The notes beneath the pieces were generated by a model that had not been told where the DNA came from, made no database searches, and worked only from the letters and a program-made list of their open reading frames with translations. From Methanobrevibacter curvatus (GTDB lineage Archaea; Methanobacteriota; Methanobacteria; Methanobacteriales; Methanobacteriaceae): a stretch of 24,000 bases of DNA. Positions 1 to 8,151 of this stretch are shown in pieces. The DNA lies in NCBI RefSeq assembly GCF_001639295.1, contig NZ_LWMV01000181.1:28311-52310 (forward strand), given 5' to 3'. Each line of letters starts with the position of its first letter. Within the stretch, counting starts at the first letter, position 1. The translations under genes and the position numbers were made by a program.

Positions 1-427
1 TTAATATTTTAAAAAATACATTAACCCCAATTGACATATTTGAAGATATTACTGCCTTTACATTGCCTTCCTTAATGAAATTTTTAATGTTTTTATTTTG
101 CTCGTCTGAAAACCCAGTGGTTCCAACTATTAAATTTACTCCAACCTTAGAAGCAATTTCAATTGCACCATAAGCTGCATCAGCAATTGTAAAATCAATT
201 AAAACATCAGTATCAGACAATTTTAAAATTTCTTCAAGCTTTTCTGCACCAACAATAGCAACACCTATTTTTCCTATTCCAATAACTTCTCCAATGTCTT
301 TAGATTGAAATGGAGTGTTAGGAACTTCAATAGCTGCAACTAAATCCATATTATCTTGTTCAATTACTTTTTTTATAATACCTGAACCCATTCTTCCAGT
401 AGCACCTGTAATAGCAACTTTTAACAT
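1..427 (-). CDS. dapB: 4-hydroxy-tetrahydrodipicolinate reductase (DapB), N-terminal part; the gene runs off the left edge of the window
   Basis: Not in the ORF track because there is no stop inside the window. My manual minus-strand translation from the ATG at 427 gives MLKVAITGATGRMGSGIIKKVIEQDNMDLVAAIEVPNT...LIVGTTGFSDEQ...SSNMSIGVNVF. It has the N-terminal GxxGxxG Rossmann motif and the GTTG and SxNxSIGV blocks typical of DapB. A GGAG Shine-Dalgarno sequence lies about 7 nt upstream. Confidence 0.85.
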   Translation of the reverse strand, partial: MLKVAITGATGRMGSGIIKKVIEQDNMDLVAAIEVPNTPFQSKDIGEVIGIGKIGVAIVGAEKLEEILKLSDTDVLIDFTIADAAYGAIEIASKVGVNLIVGTTGFSDEQNKNIKNFIKEGNVKAVISSNMSIGVNVFFKIL

Positions 428-642
428 TATAAACTCCTTGAATCAAATTATGAATAATAAAATTAAAATTAAAAAACATTTAAAAATTAAAATAAAATTA
501 AAAAAGGTAATTTAAGAATAATCAATAAAAAAAATAAAAAAATACTTAAAGAAAATAAATTAAAAATTGTCAAATGAAATAAATTAAAATAAACTGAAAA
601 AATTAAAAAATAATTAATAAAAAAATTAATAAAAAGCATTCA

Positions 643-1536
643 TTATATTAAGTTTAATTCTTTTAAAACACTTTTAACTTTTTCTTCACTTTCTTCTTTT
701 AAATTAAATAATGGTAGTCTAACATGACCCGCTGGGATTTCCATAGTGTTTAATGCAAATTTAGAAGGAACAGGGTTGCTTTCACAGAACAATACTTTCA
801 TTAAAGGATACAATTCAAAATGAAGTTTTGTTGCAGTTTCCACATCACCATCTAAAAAACTATGAACCATTTTAGAAGTTCTAAAGGGATCAACATTTCC
901 AACAACACTTATAACTCCTTTTGCTCCAATAGACATCATAGGAACCGTCAAATCATCATTTCCAGATAAAATAACAAATTTATCATCAAGATTATTGTCA
1001 TAAATTCCTTTTTGAAGTGTAGAAGTTTTTGATAAGTCAGGATTCGCTTCTTTAATAGCTACAACATTGTCTAATTTGGCTATTTCTAAAATAGTTTCTA
1101 CATCCATATCTGTTCCAGTTCTTGATGGAACATTGTAAAGGATCATAGGAATGTCTGTAGAGTCGTTAATAACTTTGTAGTGTTCGACTAAACCATGTGC
1201 TTGTGGTTTGTTATAGTAAGGAGTTATTACAAGAGCATAATCAGCTCCAGAATTTTCTGCATACTTAACTAAGTTTAATGCTTCTCTTGATGAATTGCTA
1301 CCTGCACCAGCAATGGTAGATACCCTTCCATCAACTTCATCTACAAGAATATCCATTAATCTTTTTTGTTCTTCATAGGTTATTGTTGCTGATTCTCCTG
1401 TGGTACCAGCAACCAACAACCCATCTACACCATTTTCAATTAGAAAATTAATATTTTTTCTAAGTCCTTCTTCATCTAATTCATCATTTACCGTAAATGG
1501 AGTTACCATTGCAACAGCCGTACCTTCAAAAGTCAT
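643..1536 (-). CDS. dapA: 4-hydroxy-tetrahydrodipicolinate synthase (DapA)
   Basis: 297 aa, with AMVTPF, GTTGES, YNKP and YNVPSRTG motifs characteristic of DapA/DHDPS. The start overlaps the stop of the upstream aspartate kinase by 11 nt. Confidence 0.9.
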   Translation of the reverse strand: MTFEGTAVAMVTPFTVNDELDEEGLRKNINFLIENGVDGLLVAGTTGESATITYEEQKRLMDILVDEVDGRVSTIAGAGSNSSREALNLVKYAENSGADYALVITPYYNKPQAHGLVEHYKVINDSTDIPMILYNVPSRTGTDMDVETILEIAKLDNVVAIKEANPDLSKTSTLQKGIYDNNLDDKFVILSGNDDLTVPMMSIGAKGVISVVGNVDPFRTSKMVHSFLDGDVETATKLHFELYPLMKVLFCESNPVPSKFALNTMEIPAGHVRLPLFNLKEESEEKVKSVLKELNLI

Positions 1537-2752
1537 CTAAAACCCTCCTTATTAATTCGTATGCTTCTTTACCATCATTCCATTCTACAAACAAAACAAT
1601 AGCTGTTTGTGATGAAGATATTTCTACAATATTTATATTGTTTTTTCTTAATGGCTCTGTAATTTCAGAAATAATTCCTGGTGTCTCAATAAAATCAGGA
1701 CTAATTAATGTAATCATGGCAATTTCTTGACCTAATGAAAGAGAACTTAAGGCATCATGTTTCACTACAAGTTCATGCAAAATTTTATGAGAAAGTAATC
1801 CATCTTCCTTATTAATGAAGATAGTTATTGAATTTTGTCCTGCAGATATTCCATAAATATTTATATTATTTTCTGCAAGCTTATTGGTTAAAATTGCTAT
1901 TAAACCTGGTTTTTTAAGCAGGTTCTCCCCAACAACAGCTACAACAGATATTGGTTTTGGATTAAATGATGTGCATTTCAGGATATCCTTTTCTATGGGA
2001 CCTATAATTGATGTCCCTGAATCAGAAAGATTTCCTTTTTTATAGCTAATAATTTTTGCAGAAATAAGTGGATCTTTATATTTTAAAGCATGTGGATGTA
2101 ATACTTGAGCTCCATGTGTAGCTAAATCCCTCATTTCTTCAACAGATATTTTATTTAATTTTTTTGCACTTTCTATTTTGTTAGGATCAGTGCTCATTAC
2201 CCCATCAACATCAGTAACAATAACCACCTCATCAGCACCTAAACAATGCCCTAAAAGGAAAGCAGTGATATCACTACCTCCTCTGCCAAGAGTAGTGATT
2301 TTATTTTCTCCATTTTTTCCTAAAAACCCACAAACAACAGGAATGATTCCCTGATTTAAAAGTTTATTTAATTCTTGGGCTTTCTTTTCAGTTTCGCCAA
2401 AGTCAATTTTGGATTCTAATAAGTTTGAATCAGTAAAAATTGGCCAAAACTCACTAAATGGATCAACATAAATTGAATTAACACCTAATGATTCAAGTGT
2501 TGCTGAAAATACTCTTACACTGGTCATCTCACCCATTGAAAGAATTTCAGCCATTTGTCTATCAGTGATATCTCCGCCAATAGCTTCTTCAGTAACCTTA
2601 ATTAAATCATCCGTGGTTTTATTAATAGCTGAAACAACAACAACAACCTTATTTCCTTTTAAGTACTCATTAACTACAGATTGAGCTGCTTTTTTTATTT
2701 TTTCACCATTTCCTACAGAAGTTCCACCAAATTTGGCTACGATCAAATCCAT
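1526..2752 (-). CDS. lysC: Aspartate kinase (amino-acid kinase domain plus C-terminal ACT domains)
   Basis: 408 aa. The N-terminus is [11 protein letters not shown], followed by VVVVSA and [11 protein letters not shown] motifs, and there is a tandem ACT-like C-terminal region. It lies upstream of dapA and dapB on the same strand. Confidence 0.9.
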   Translation of the reverse strand: MDLIVAKFGGTSVGNGEKIKKAAQSVVNEYLKGNKVVVVVSAINKTTDDLIKVTEEAIGGDITDRQMAEILSMGEMTSVRVFSATLESLGVNSIYVDPFSEFWPIFTDSNLLESKIDFGETEKKAQELNKLLNQGIIPVVCGFLGKNGENKITTLGRGGSDITAFLLGHCLGADEVVIVTDVDGVMSTDPNKIESAKKLNKISVEEMRDLATHGAQVLHPHALKYKDPLISAKIISYKKGNLSDSGTSIIGPIEKDILKCTSFNPKPISVVAVVGENLLKKPGLIAILTNKLAENNINIYGISAGQNSITIFINKEDGLLSHKILHELVVKHDALSSLSLGQEIAMITLISPDFIETPGIISEITEPLRKNNINIVEISSSQTAIVLFVEWNDGKEAYELIRRVLDDF

Positions 2753-3014
2753 TGACTCACTACCTAAAAAATTAAGTATCCTATAAAATTCTCTATAAAA
2801 AGTCTTTAAAAAAGTTTCTTAAAAATATTAATTAAATGTTAACTAAAATATTTTAAATTTTAAAGATTTTAAAATATTTTTTAAAAAATTTCTTTAAATT
2901 TAAAAAAAATTATTAAAATAGATTATAAGAAAATTATTTAATAAAGAAAACATTTAAAAACATTAAGCATTTAATAATAAAAAAGTTTTTTATAATTTTT
3001 ATAATTCTCATATA

Positions 3015-3083
3015 TTATATAATAATTATCAAATTTATTATATAATAATTATCAAATTTATTATATAATAATTATCAAATTTA
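3015..3083. repeat. Perfect tandem repeat, 3 x 23 bp (TTATATAATAATTATCAAATTTA)
   Basis: Three identical units counted directly at 3015-3037, 3038-3060 and 3061-3083. Each unit contains the 8-bp palindrome ATAATTAT and a TATA-like TTATATAA. Confidence 0.95.
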
Positions 3084-3223
3084 TAAAAATAAGTATAAAA
3101 ATATTTCTAAATAAATTGTAGAAAATGAAACTTAATAATATAATAAAAAAAGTAAAAATAATATTTTAAAAAAATATTATTCTAAAAAAAAGAATAACAA
3201 AATGAAGATAAGAAAGCAAATTT

Positions 3224-3271
3224 AAAAAAAATGAATAAAAAAATGAATAAAAAAAATAAATAACACAAAAA
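3224..3271 (-). terminator. Probable oligo-T termination region downstream of rps17e
   Basis: Directly after the rps17e stop, the minus strand carries several T runs of 5 to 8 nt (A runs on the plus strand at about 3224-3231, 3237-3243, 3249-3256 and 3267-3271). Archaeal RNA polymerase terminates at oligo-T tracts. Confidence 0.4.
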
Positions 3272-3472
3272 CTAGTTATTAGTTTTTTGTTGTTGTCTAA
3301 CTAATCTTGTAACATAGCCAGCAATTTTATTTCTTAAATGTTTAGTACTAACTGTGGAGTATTCCATGACTAGCTTTTTATTTTCATCAAAATCAGTGGT
3401 AAATTTACCTTTGTGAATCTCAATAAGCTCTTTTGCTAAACGTTTTACAAATGAAGTTCTAATATTTCCCAT
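3272..3472 (-). CDS. rps17e: 30S ribosomal protein S17e
   Basis: 66 aa. [18 protein letters not shown]...[13 protein letters not shown] is the canonical archaeal S17e sequence pattern. The start codon directly abuts the stop codon of the upstream chorismate mutase ORF. Confidence 0.9.
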   Translation of the reverse strand: MGNIRTSFVKRLAKELIEIHKGKFTTDFDENKKLVMEYSTVSTKHLRNKIAGYVTRLVRQQQKTNN

Positions 3473-3820
3473 CTACATCTCTCCTAAAAATTTTTCTTGT
3501 TCTGATTTATTTAAATCAATAAGAATAGTTATAATCTTAAAAACCATTTCAGTATTTAAATTATTCTCAATAGCTAATTTTTCTATTTTTTTATAAATAA
3601 GTTTTTCCCTATTTTCATCAAAAATTTCCATATCCAATAGAATTTTCGATTTAATAATATTTTTTGAAAGGAAGTTTCTCTCAGCTATTAATTCAATTAA
3701 ATTTTTATCAATTTCATCAATTCTATTTCTTGAAGATAAAAGTAATTCTTTAGCGTGATTTTTATCAACAGGATTTTTATTGTCTTGATTTTCTAATTTG
3801 TCACTGATGAACTTAGCCAT
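3473..3820 (-). CDS. Chorismate mutase, AroQ class (small all-helical type)
   Basis: 115 aa. The segment LLSSRNRIDEIDKNLIELIAERNFLSKNIIKSK matches the AroQ helix-1 pattern (R..ID.ID..L..L...R). It is adjacent to shikimate kinase and, as recalled for M. jannaschii MJ0246/MJ0245, next to rps17e. Confidence 0.75.
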   Translation of the reverse strand: MAKFISDKLENQDNKNPVDKNHAKELLLSSRNRIDEIDKNLIELIAERNFLSKNIIKSKILLDMEIFDENREKLIYKKIEKLAIENNLNTEMVFKIITILIDLNKSEQEKFLGEM

Positions 3821-3951
3821 ATTACCAAAACAACATTAAATAGTTAAATAAAAAATAATTAAAATAAAAAATAATTAATACATATAAGTAATTAATATTA
3901 TTTAAAGATTGCACTTACATGACTAATATTTAAAGATTATACTTAAATAAT

Positions 3952-3997
3952 TAATATTTAAATGAATAATATTTAAATGAATAATATTTAAAATGAA
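3952..3997. repeat. Tandem repeat, 3 x 15-16 bp (TAATATTTAAATGAA), preceded by two related TAATATTTAAAGATT copies from about 3892
   Basis: Units counted at 3952-3966, 3967-3981 and 3982-3997, the last with one extra A. The related core TAATATTTAAA also occurs near 3895 and 3924. Confidence 0.85.
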
Positions 3998-4003
3998 AAA
4001 CAA

Positions 4004-4867
4004 TTATTTACTTATAATTTTAACTCCAACATTATCTACATGGGTTTCTATAACTTTACCAGGATATGAACTCCAAGCATCAATAATATCATCTTTAACT
4101 TCTTCATTTGAAATAGCTACAAAAGCAGAACCAGTTCCAGATAAACCTGAAGCATAAGCCCCTGAATTTAAAGCATCAATCGCTATTTGACTATCAAAAT
4201 TTAAAGCTGCAGAGTATAAAAGCCCATTTAAAGTCAAAGCTTTGAAATAATCTTTTTTTCGTGCAAAATCAAATGCTAAATCAACATAACTTGATATTAA
4301 TTTCATTTTCTTAACATCAGAATTTGCAGTACTAGAAATTATATTTGGTAAGTATATTAATATTTTGTGGTTTTTCATTTTTTCTTTAATAATAATTTCT
4401 CTATTGATATTATTTGTAACGGTTACTCCTCCAAAATAAGAGGCTGTTGCATCATCAAAAGCTCCAGTTATAGATACTTTAGCCATTAAAGATGATTCAA
4501 TACTTAAATTAATAACTTCAATTGGATTTAATGGTTTTAAATTAAATTCTTTGGCAATTAATTCACCGACAAGTCTTGTAACTCCATTAGACAATGCACT
4601 ACTACTTGAAAGTCCTGAAGATTGAGGTAAAGTAGTTTTAGTTGATAATGATACACCAGTTTCAACTTTATAAAAATTTAAAACATTTTCAATTGATATT
4701 TCCATTAATTTAGTGTTTGCACCAATATCAGAAGAACATTTTATCTTTGAATCAGATAATTTACCTTCTATTTCTATATTTAAACCAATCCCAAAGGCAG
4801 AACCAAAACCAGTTGAAATAGCATTTACAATCGTAGCAGATCCTGGAGAACGAACAATTTTTTTCAT
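4004..4867 (-). CDS. aroK: Archaeal shikimate kinase (GHMP-kinase superfamily type)
   Basis: The protein has a PGSATIVNAISTG N-terminus and the GHMP motif LPQSSGLSSSSA. I prefer the ATG at 4867 (MKKIVRSPG...) because GGTG lies about 7 nt upstream. The ORF-track start at 4897 adds 10 poorly conserved residues. Confidence 0.8.
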   Translation of the reverse strand: MKKIVRSPGSATIVNAISTGFGSAFGIGLNIEIEGKLSDSKIKCSSDIGANTKLMEISIENVLNFYKVETGVSLSTKTTLPQSSGLSSSSALSNGVTRLVGELIAKEFNLKPLNPIEVINLSIESSLMAKVSITGAFDDATASYFGGVTVTNNINREIIIKEKMKNHKILIYLPNIISSTANSDVKKMKLISSYVDLAFDFARKKDYFKALTLNGLLYSAALNFDSQIAIDALNSGAYASGLSGTGSAFVAISNEEVKDDIIDAWSSYPGKVIETHVDNVGVKIISK

Positions 4868-4908
4868 TAAAACACCAACAAAGCAAGAATAAATCAAATA
4901 TTGTAAAC

Positions 4909-4990
4909 AAAAAAAAAAAAAAAAAAAAAATTAAATTAAATTAAATTAAATGAAATTAAACTAAATTAAACTAAATTAAATTAAAATTAA
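4909..4990. repeat. A22 homopolymer followed by about 11 pentamer repeats (TTAAA, with TGAAA and CTAAA variants)
   Basis: The A run was counted at 4909-4930. Pentamer periodicity runs from 4931 to about 4985. The repeat lies in the divergent aroK/sppA intergenic region. Confidence 0.9.
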
Positions 4991-5218
4991 AAAAATATAA
5001 AGAACGCAATTATTAAAAAATTTAAATAAATTTTAAATAAATAAGTATATAATCTTTGAAAACAATAATTAATAAAGATAAATTAATTTTTATTATATTC
5101 TATATCTATTTATTATATATTATATTTTATATAAATTTTTTAATATATTTAAACACTATCATGTTTTTCAATTTTTTAAAATTTTATAATGTTTTAATTT
5201 TAAAAAAAAAGGTTTAAA

Positions 5219-6091
5219 ATGAATACAAAAGCTAAATACTTTGGATTAGGAATATTATTCACAATAATTATGATTATTCTATTAATCGGAATAACTTTTA
5301 TCCTTCCATTAGCCAATGGACTTTTAGGTCCTGACACTATAGCTATTATTCCAGTAGATGGCGATATTAGTTATTACTCTGATGTTAATGGTAGTTCTAC
5401 AACTAGTCCCGATATATTTAAAGACAATATTAACCAAGCAAACAGCGACCCATCAGTTGGAGGAATCCTATTAGTAATTAATTCTGGTGGAGGAAGTGTT
5501 GTTGCAAGTGAAGAAATGATGGAATCAGTGAAAAACTCAAAAAAACCTGTAGTTGCATGGATTAGCGAACAAGGTGCATCTGGAGCATATCTTGTTGCAA
5601 GTGGATCAGATAAAATTGTTGCACATGAGTCTTCTTTAGTGGGAAGCATTGGAACAATAATTACACTGTATGATTTATCTGGGTATTATGAACAACTTGG
5701 AATCATTCCATATTCAATTGTCGCAGGAGAATACAAAGATATGGGAGCAGATTATAGGAATTTAACTCTAAAAGAAAAAAATTTGATTCAAAAGTTAGTT
5801 AATGATGATTATCAACAATTTTTAAACCACGTTGCAGAAAACAGAAACTTAAGTAAAACCTATGTCAAAAAAATAGCTGATGGAAAAATTTATAATGGAA
5901 AAGAAGCATTAAAATTAAAATTAGTAGATTACACAGGTTCAAAAGAATATGCATTAAGCTTAATTGCTAATATATCCGGATTAGATCAATATTATCAAGT
6001 TCTAATATACTCAAACGGTGTACAGGATTTAAATAATGATATTTCACCATATACTCAATTAAACAACATTTTAAATAATATTAAAACATAA
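5219..6091 (+). CDS. sppA: Signal peptide peptidase SppA, 36K type (ClpP-fold serine protease with an N-terminal membrane anchor)
   Basis: 290 aa. It has an N-terminal hydrophobic helix (LGILFTIIMIILLIGITFILPL), the INSGGGSV block, the QGASGAYLVA nucleophile region, and GEYKDMG containing the general-base Lys. Confidence 0.85.
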   Translation: MNTKAKYFGLGILFTIIMIILLIGITFILPLANGLLGPDTIAIIPVDGDISYYSDVNGSSTTSPDIFKDNINQANSDPSVGGILLVINSGGGSVVASEEMMESVKNSKKPVVAWISEQGASGAYLVASGSDKIVAHESSLVGSIGTIITLYDLSGYYEQLGIIPYSIVAGEYKDMGADYRNLTLKEKNLIQKLVNDDYQQFLNHVAENRNLSKTYVKKIADGKIYNGKEALKLKLVDYTGSKEYALSLIANISGLDQYYQVLIYSNGVQDLNNDISPYTQLNNILNNIKT

Positions 6092-6127
6092 TTAAGAAAA
6101 AAATTTTAAAAAAAAAGAAAAATAATA

Positions 6128-6250
6128 GAAAATAAATAAAAATAAATAAAAATAAATAAAAATAAATATAATAAAAATATAATATAATAATTTATAATAT
6201 AATAATTTATAATATATTATTTTATAATAAATATATTATTTTATAAATAG
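6128..6250. repeat. Compound AT-only tandem duplications (10-bp AATAAATAAA x4; 15-bp AATATAATAATTTAT x2; about 19-bp ATATATTATTTTATAA(TAA) x2)
   Basis: Units read directly at 6131-6170, 6181-6210 and 6212-6246. Confidence 0.8.
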
Positions 6251-6415
6251 ATATGATATATATAATAGTCATGAAAATCATAATTAATATTTTCAAAATC
6301 GAATTTTTTAATTGTGATTTATAAATTAATTTTATTTAAAAAAAATAATAAAAAAGAATAATAAAAAAATAATAAAATATAATAAAAAAAGTAATTTAAA
6401 AAAAAAAGTGATAAT

Positions 6416-6652
6416 ATGATAAATGTAGAAGTTTTTACATCATCCACATGCCCATACTGTCCAATGGCCGTTGAAGTAGTTGAAGAAGCAAAAGAAAAAG
6501 TCGGAGGCTTTGAATATACAGTGATTAATATTATGGAAGATAGAACAAAAGCTGTTGAATATGGAATAATGGCTGTACCAGCTATTGCAATCAATGGAGT
6601 TGTTGAATTCGTTGGCGCTCCTACTTATGAACAACTTATTGAAAAATTATAG
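6416..6652 (+). CDS. Small thioredoxin/glutaredoxin-like redox protein with a CPYC active site
   Basis: 78 aa. It starts MINVEVFTSSTCPYCPMA, and the cis-Pro motif VPAI follows about 45 residues after the active site. This is the archaeal small redox-active disulfide protein family. From memory it is equivalent to M. thermautotrophicus MTH807, which also precedes cbiD. Confidence 0.85.
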   Translation: MINVEVFTSSTCPYCPMAVEVVEEAKEKVGGFEYTVINIMEDRTKAVEYGIMAVPAIAINGVVEFVGAPTYEQLIEKL

Positions 6653-6956
6653 CTTTAAAAAGCATGATATAAATCTAAAATATTATTTTCCAAGCTAACA
6701 ATAATTAGTATTTTCCATTAATATCTTATTTAAATAAAATTAAAAAATATAAAAAATTAAAACATTATAATACTTAAATAAACTATCTAAATTATCTAAA
6801 TAAAAAAATATTTAAATAAAAATAATATAGTTTATAAAAATAATATATTTGATATACCTGTAAATAATGGAAAATATAGCTTCTTTTTTATATTTAATTC
6901 TTTTTTTAATAAATTTTTATTAAACATATAAAATAGCATTTATTATCTAAACCTGC

Positions 6957-8099
6957 ATGATTCTAAGTAAAAGTAATGATTCTATGAAAAATACTCCCAA
7001 ATATGAAAATTTTGGAATTACTACTGGTTCTCTTTCTACTGCAACAGCTTTAGCGGCTTTAAAATCATTACTCTTGAAACATGACAATAAAAAAGCTGTT
7101 AAATCTATAAACTCTATTAAATCAATTTTAATAAGTTCCCCATATGGTGAAATTGACATTGAAATCTCTGAAATTAATATTTTAGATAAAAAAACTGCTA
7201 TTGCTTCTGGTTTTAAATATCCTTACAACGATCCAGATATTACTGTAAACCATGAAATAATGGCTAAAGTTCAAATAATTGACTATGATGAAAAAATTAA
7301 TGGTGGAAAGCAAGAAAGAGTTATTGTAACTGGTGGAAAAGGTGTAGGTACTGTAACTAAAAAAGGATTACAAATTCCTGTAGGTCAATCTGCAATTAAT
7401 CCTGTTCCACTACAAATGATTAAAAAAAACCTTTCAAAAATCCTCTCAGAAAATAAAATAGCTAAAGTAGAAATCATTGTTCCAGATGGAGAAGAAATAG
7501 CTAAAAAAACTATGAATCCTCGTTTAGGAATTGTTGGAGGAATATCGATCCTTGGAACAACTGGAATAGCTAAGTCTTTTCATGAAGAATCCTGGAAAAA
7601 ATCATTAATATGTCAATTGGATATAGCAGATGCAGGAAACTTTGAAAATTTAGTTTTTGTACCAGGAAATATTGGTGAAAAATATGCTTTAGAAAACTTA
7701 AATATTAAAAAAGAACAGATAATTAAAATGGGAAATTTTGTAGGTTTCATGCTTGAAGAGGCTAAAAAGAGAGGAATAAAAAAACTTATTTTGTTTGGAC
7801 ATGTTGGAAAATTAGTTAAAATTGCTGGAAGCATATTCAATACTGCCAATAAAATTGCTGACGGAAGAAAAGAAATTATTACATGCCATGCATCATTGTT
7901 AGGTGCTAAAACCAAAACCCTGAAAAAATTATTTAAAAGCAAGACTACTGAAGATATGTTAAATATTTTAAAAGAAGAAAATATTAAAAATGAAGTTTTA
8001 AACAGTATTTCCAAGGAAATTATAATCATTATTAAAAATAAATACCAAATTGAAGTTGAATTAATTTTAATAAACATGAAAGGAAAAAAAATAAATTAA
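6957..8099 (+). CDS. cbiD: Cobalt-precorrin-5B (C1)-methyltransferase CbiD
   Basis: 380 aa, with GITTGSLSTATALAAL near the N-terminus and the blocks GKGVGTVTKKGL, AINPVP, GGISILGTTGI and GHVGKLVK typical of CbiD. The start is uncertain: ATG 6957 or ATG 6984 (MKNTPKYENFGITTG), and neither has an obvious Shine-Dalgarno sequence. Confidence 0.85.
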   Translation: MILSKSNDSMKNTPKYENFGITTGSLSTATALAALKSLLLKHDNKKAVKSINSIKSILISSPYGEIDIEISEINILDKKTAIASGFKYPYNDPDITVNHEIMAKVQIIDYDEKINGGKQERVIVTGGKGVGTVTKKGLQIPVGQSAINPVPLQMIKKNLSKILSENKIAKVEIIVPDGEEIAKKTMNPRLGIVGGISILGTTGIAKSFHEESWKKSLICQLDIADAGNFENLVFVPGNIGEKYALENLNIKKEQIIKMGNFVGFMLEEAKKRGIKKLILFGHVGKLVKIAGSIFNTANKIADGRKEIITCHASLLGAKTKTLKKLFKSKTTEDMLNILKEENIKNEVLNSISKEIIIIIKNKYQIEVELILINMKGKKIN

Positions 8100-8151
8100 A
8101 ATGTGAACAGTAAAAAAAAAGGAAAAAAATAAAAAAAAGGAAAAGAATATT

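Noticed and set aside
315-515. 66-aa plus-strand ORF from the track
   Set aside because: It lies antisense to the N-terminal coding region of dapB, which has a clear homology-quality translation on the minus strand, and it then runs into A-rich intergenic sequence (KIKIKKHLKIKIKLKK). It is a shadow, low-complexity ORF.
1497-1730. 77-aa plus-strand ORF
   Set aside because: It is entirely antisense to the dapA/lysC junction, and it has no motifs. It is a shadow ORF.
4868-4897. Longer N-terminal extensions given by the ORF track (aroK 4897; also mtaB 19303, Zn-ribbon 20054, hacB 21031)
   Set aside because: In each case an internal ATG is preceded by a Shine-Dalgarno-like GGTG, AGGA, GAGGT or GGGGA at the right spacing, and the family-typical N-terminus begins there. 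The extensions are hydrophobic or low complexity, and for the Zn-ribbon protein the extension starts at a TTG inside the Shine-Dalgarno sequence.
5374-5649. 91-aa minus-strand ORF
   Set aside because: It is antisense to the well-supported sppA gene.
6319-6634. Two minus-strand ORFs (6319-6594 and 6440-6634)
   Set aside because: Both are antisense to the CPYC redoxin gene and the A-rich upstream region. Their translations are Phe/Leu/Tyr low complexity.
6947-8077. Minus-strand ORFs 6947-7159 (70 aa) and 7613-8077 (154 aa)
   Set aside because: Both are antisense to cbiD, whose plus-strand translation has all the family motifs. The 154-aa product is hydrophobic low complexity of the kind produced by reverse reading of Lys/Glu/Asn-rich coding sequence.
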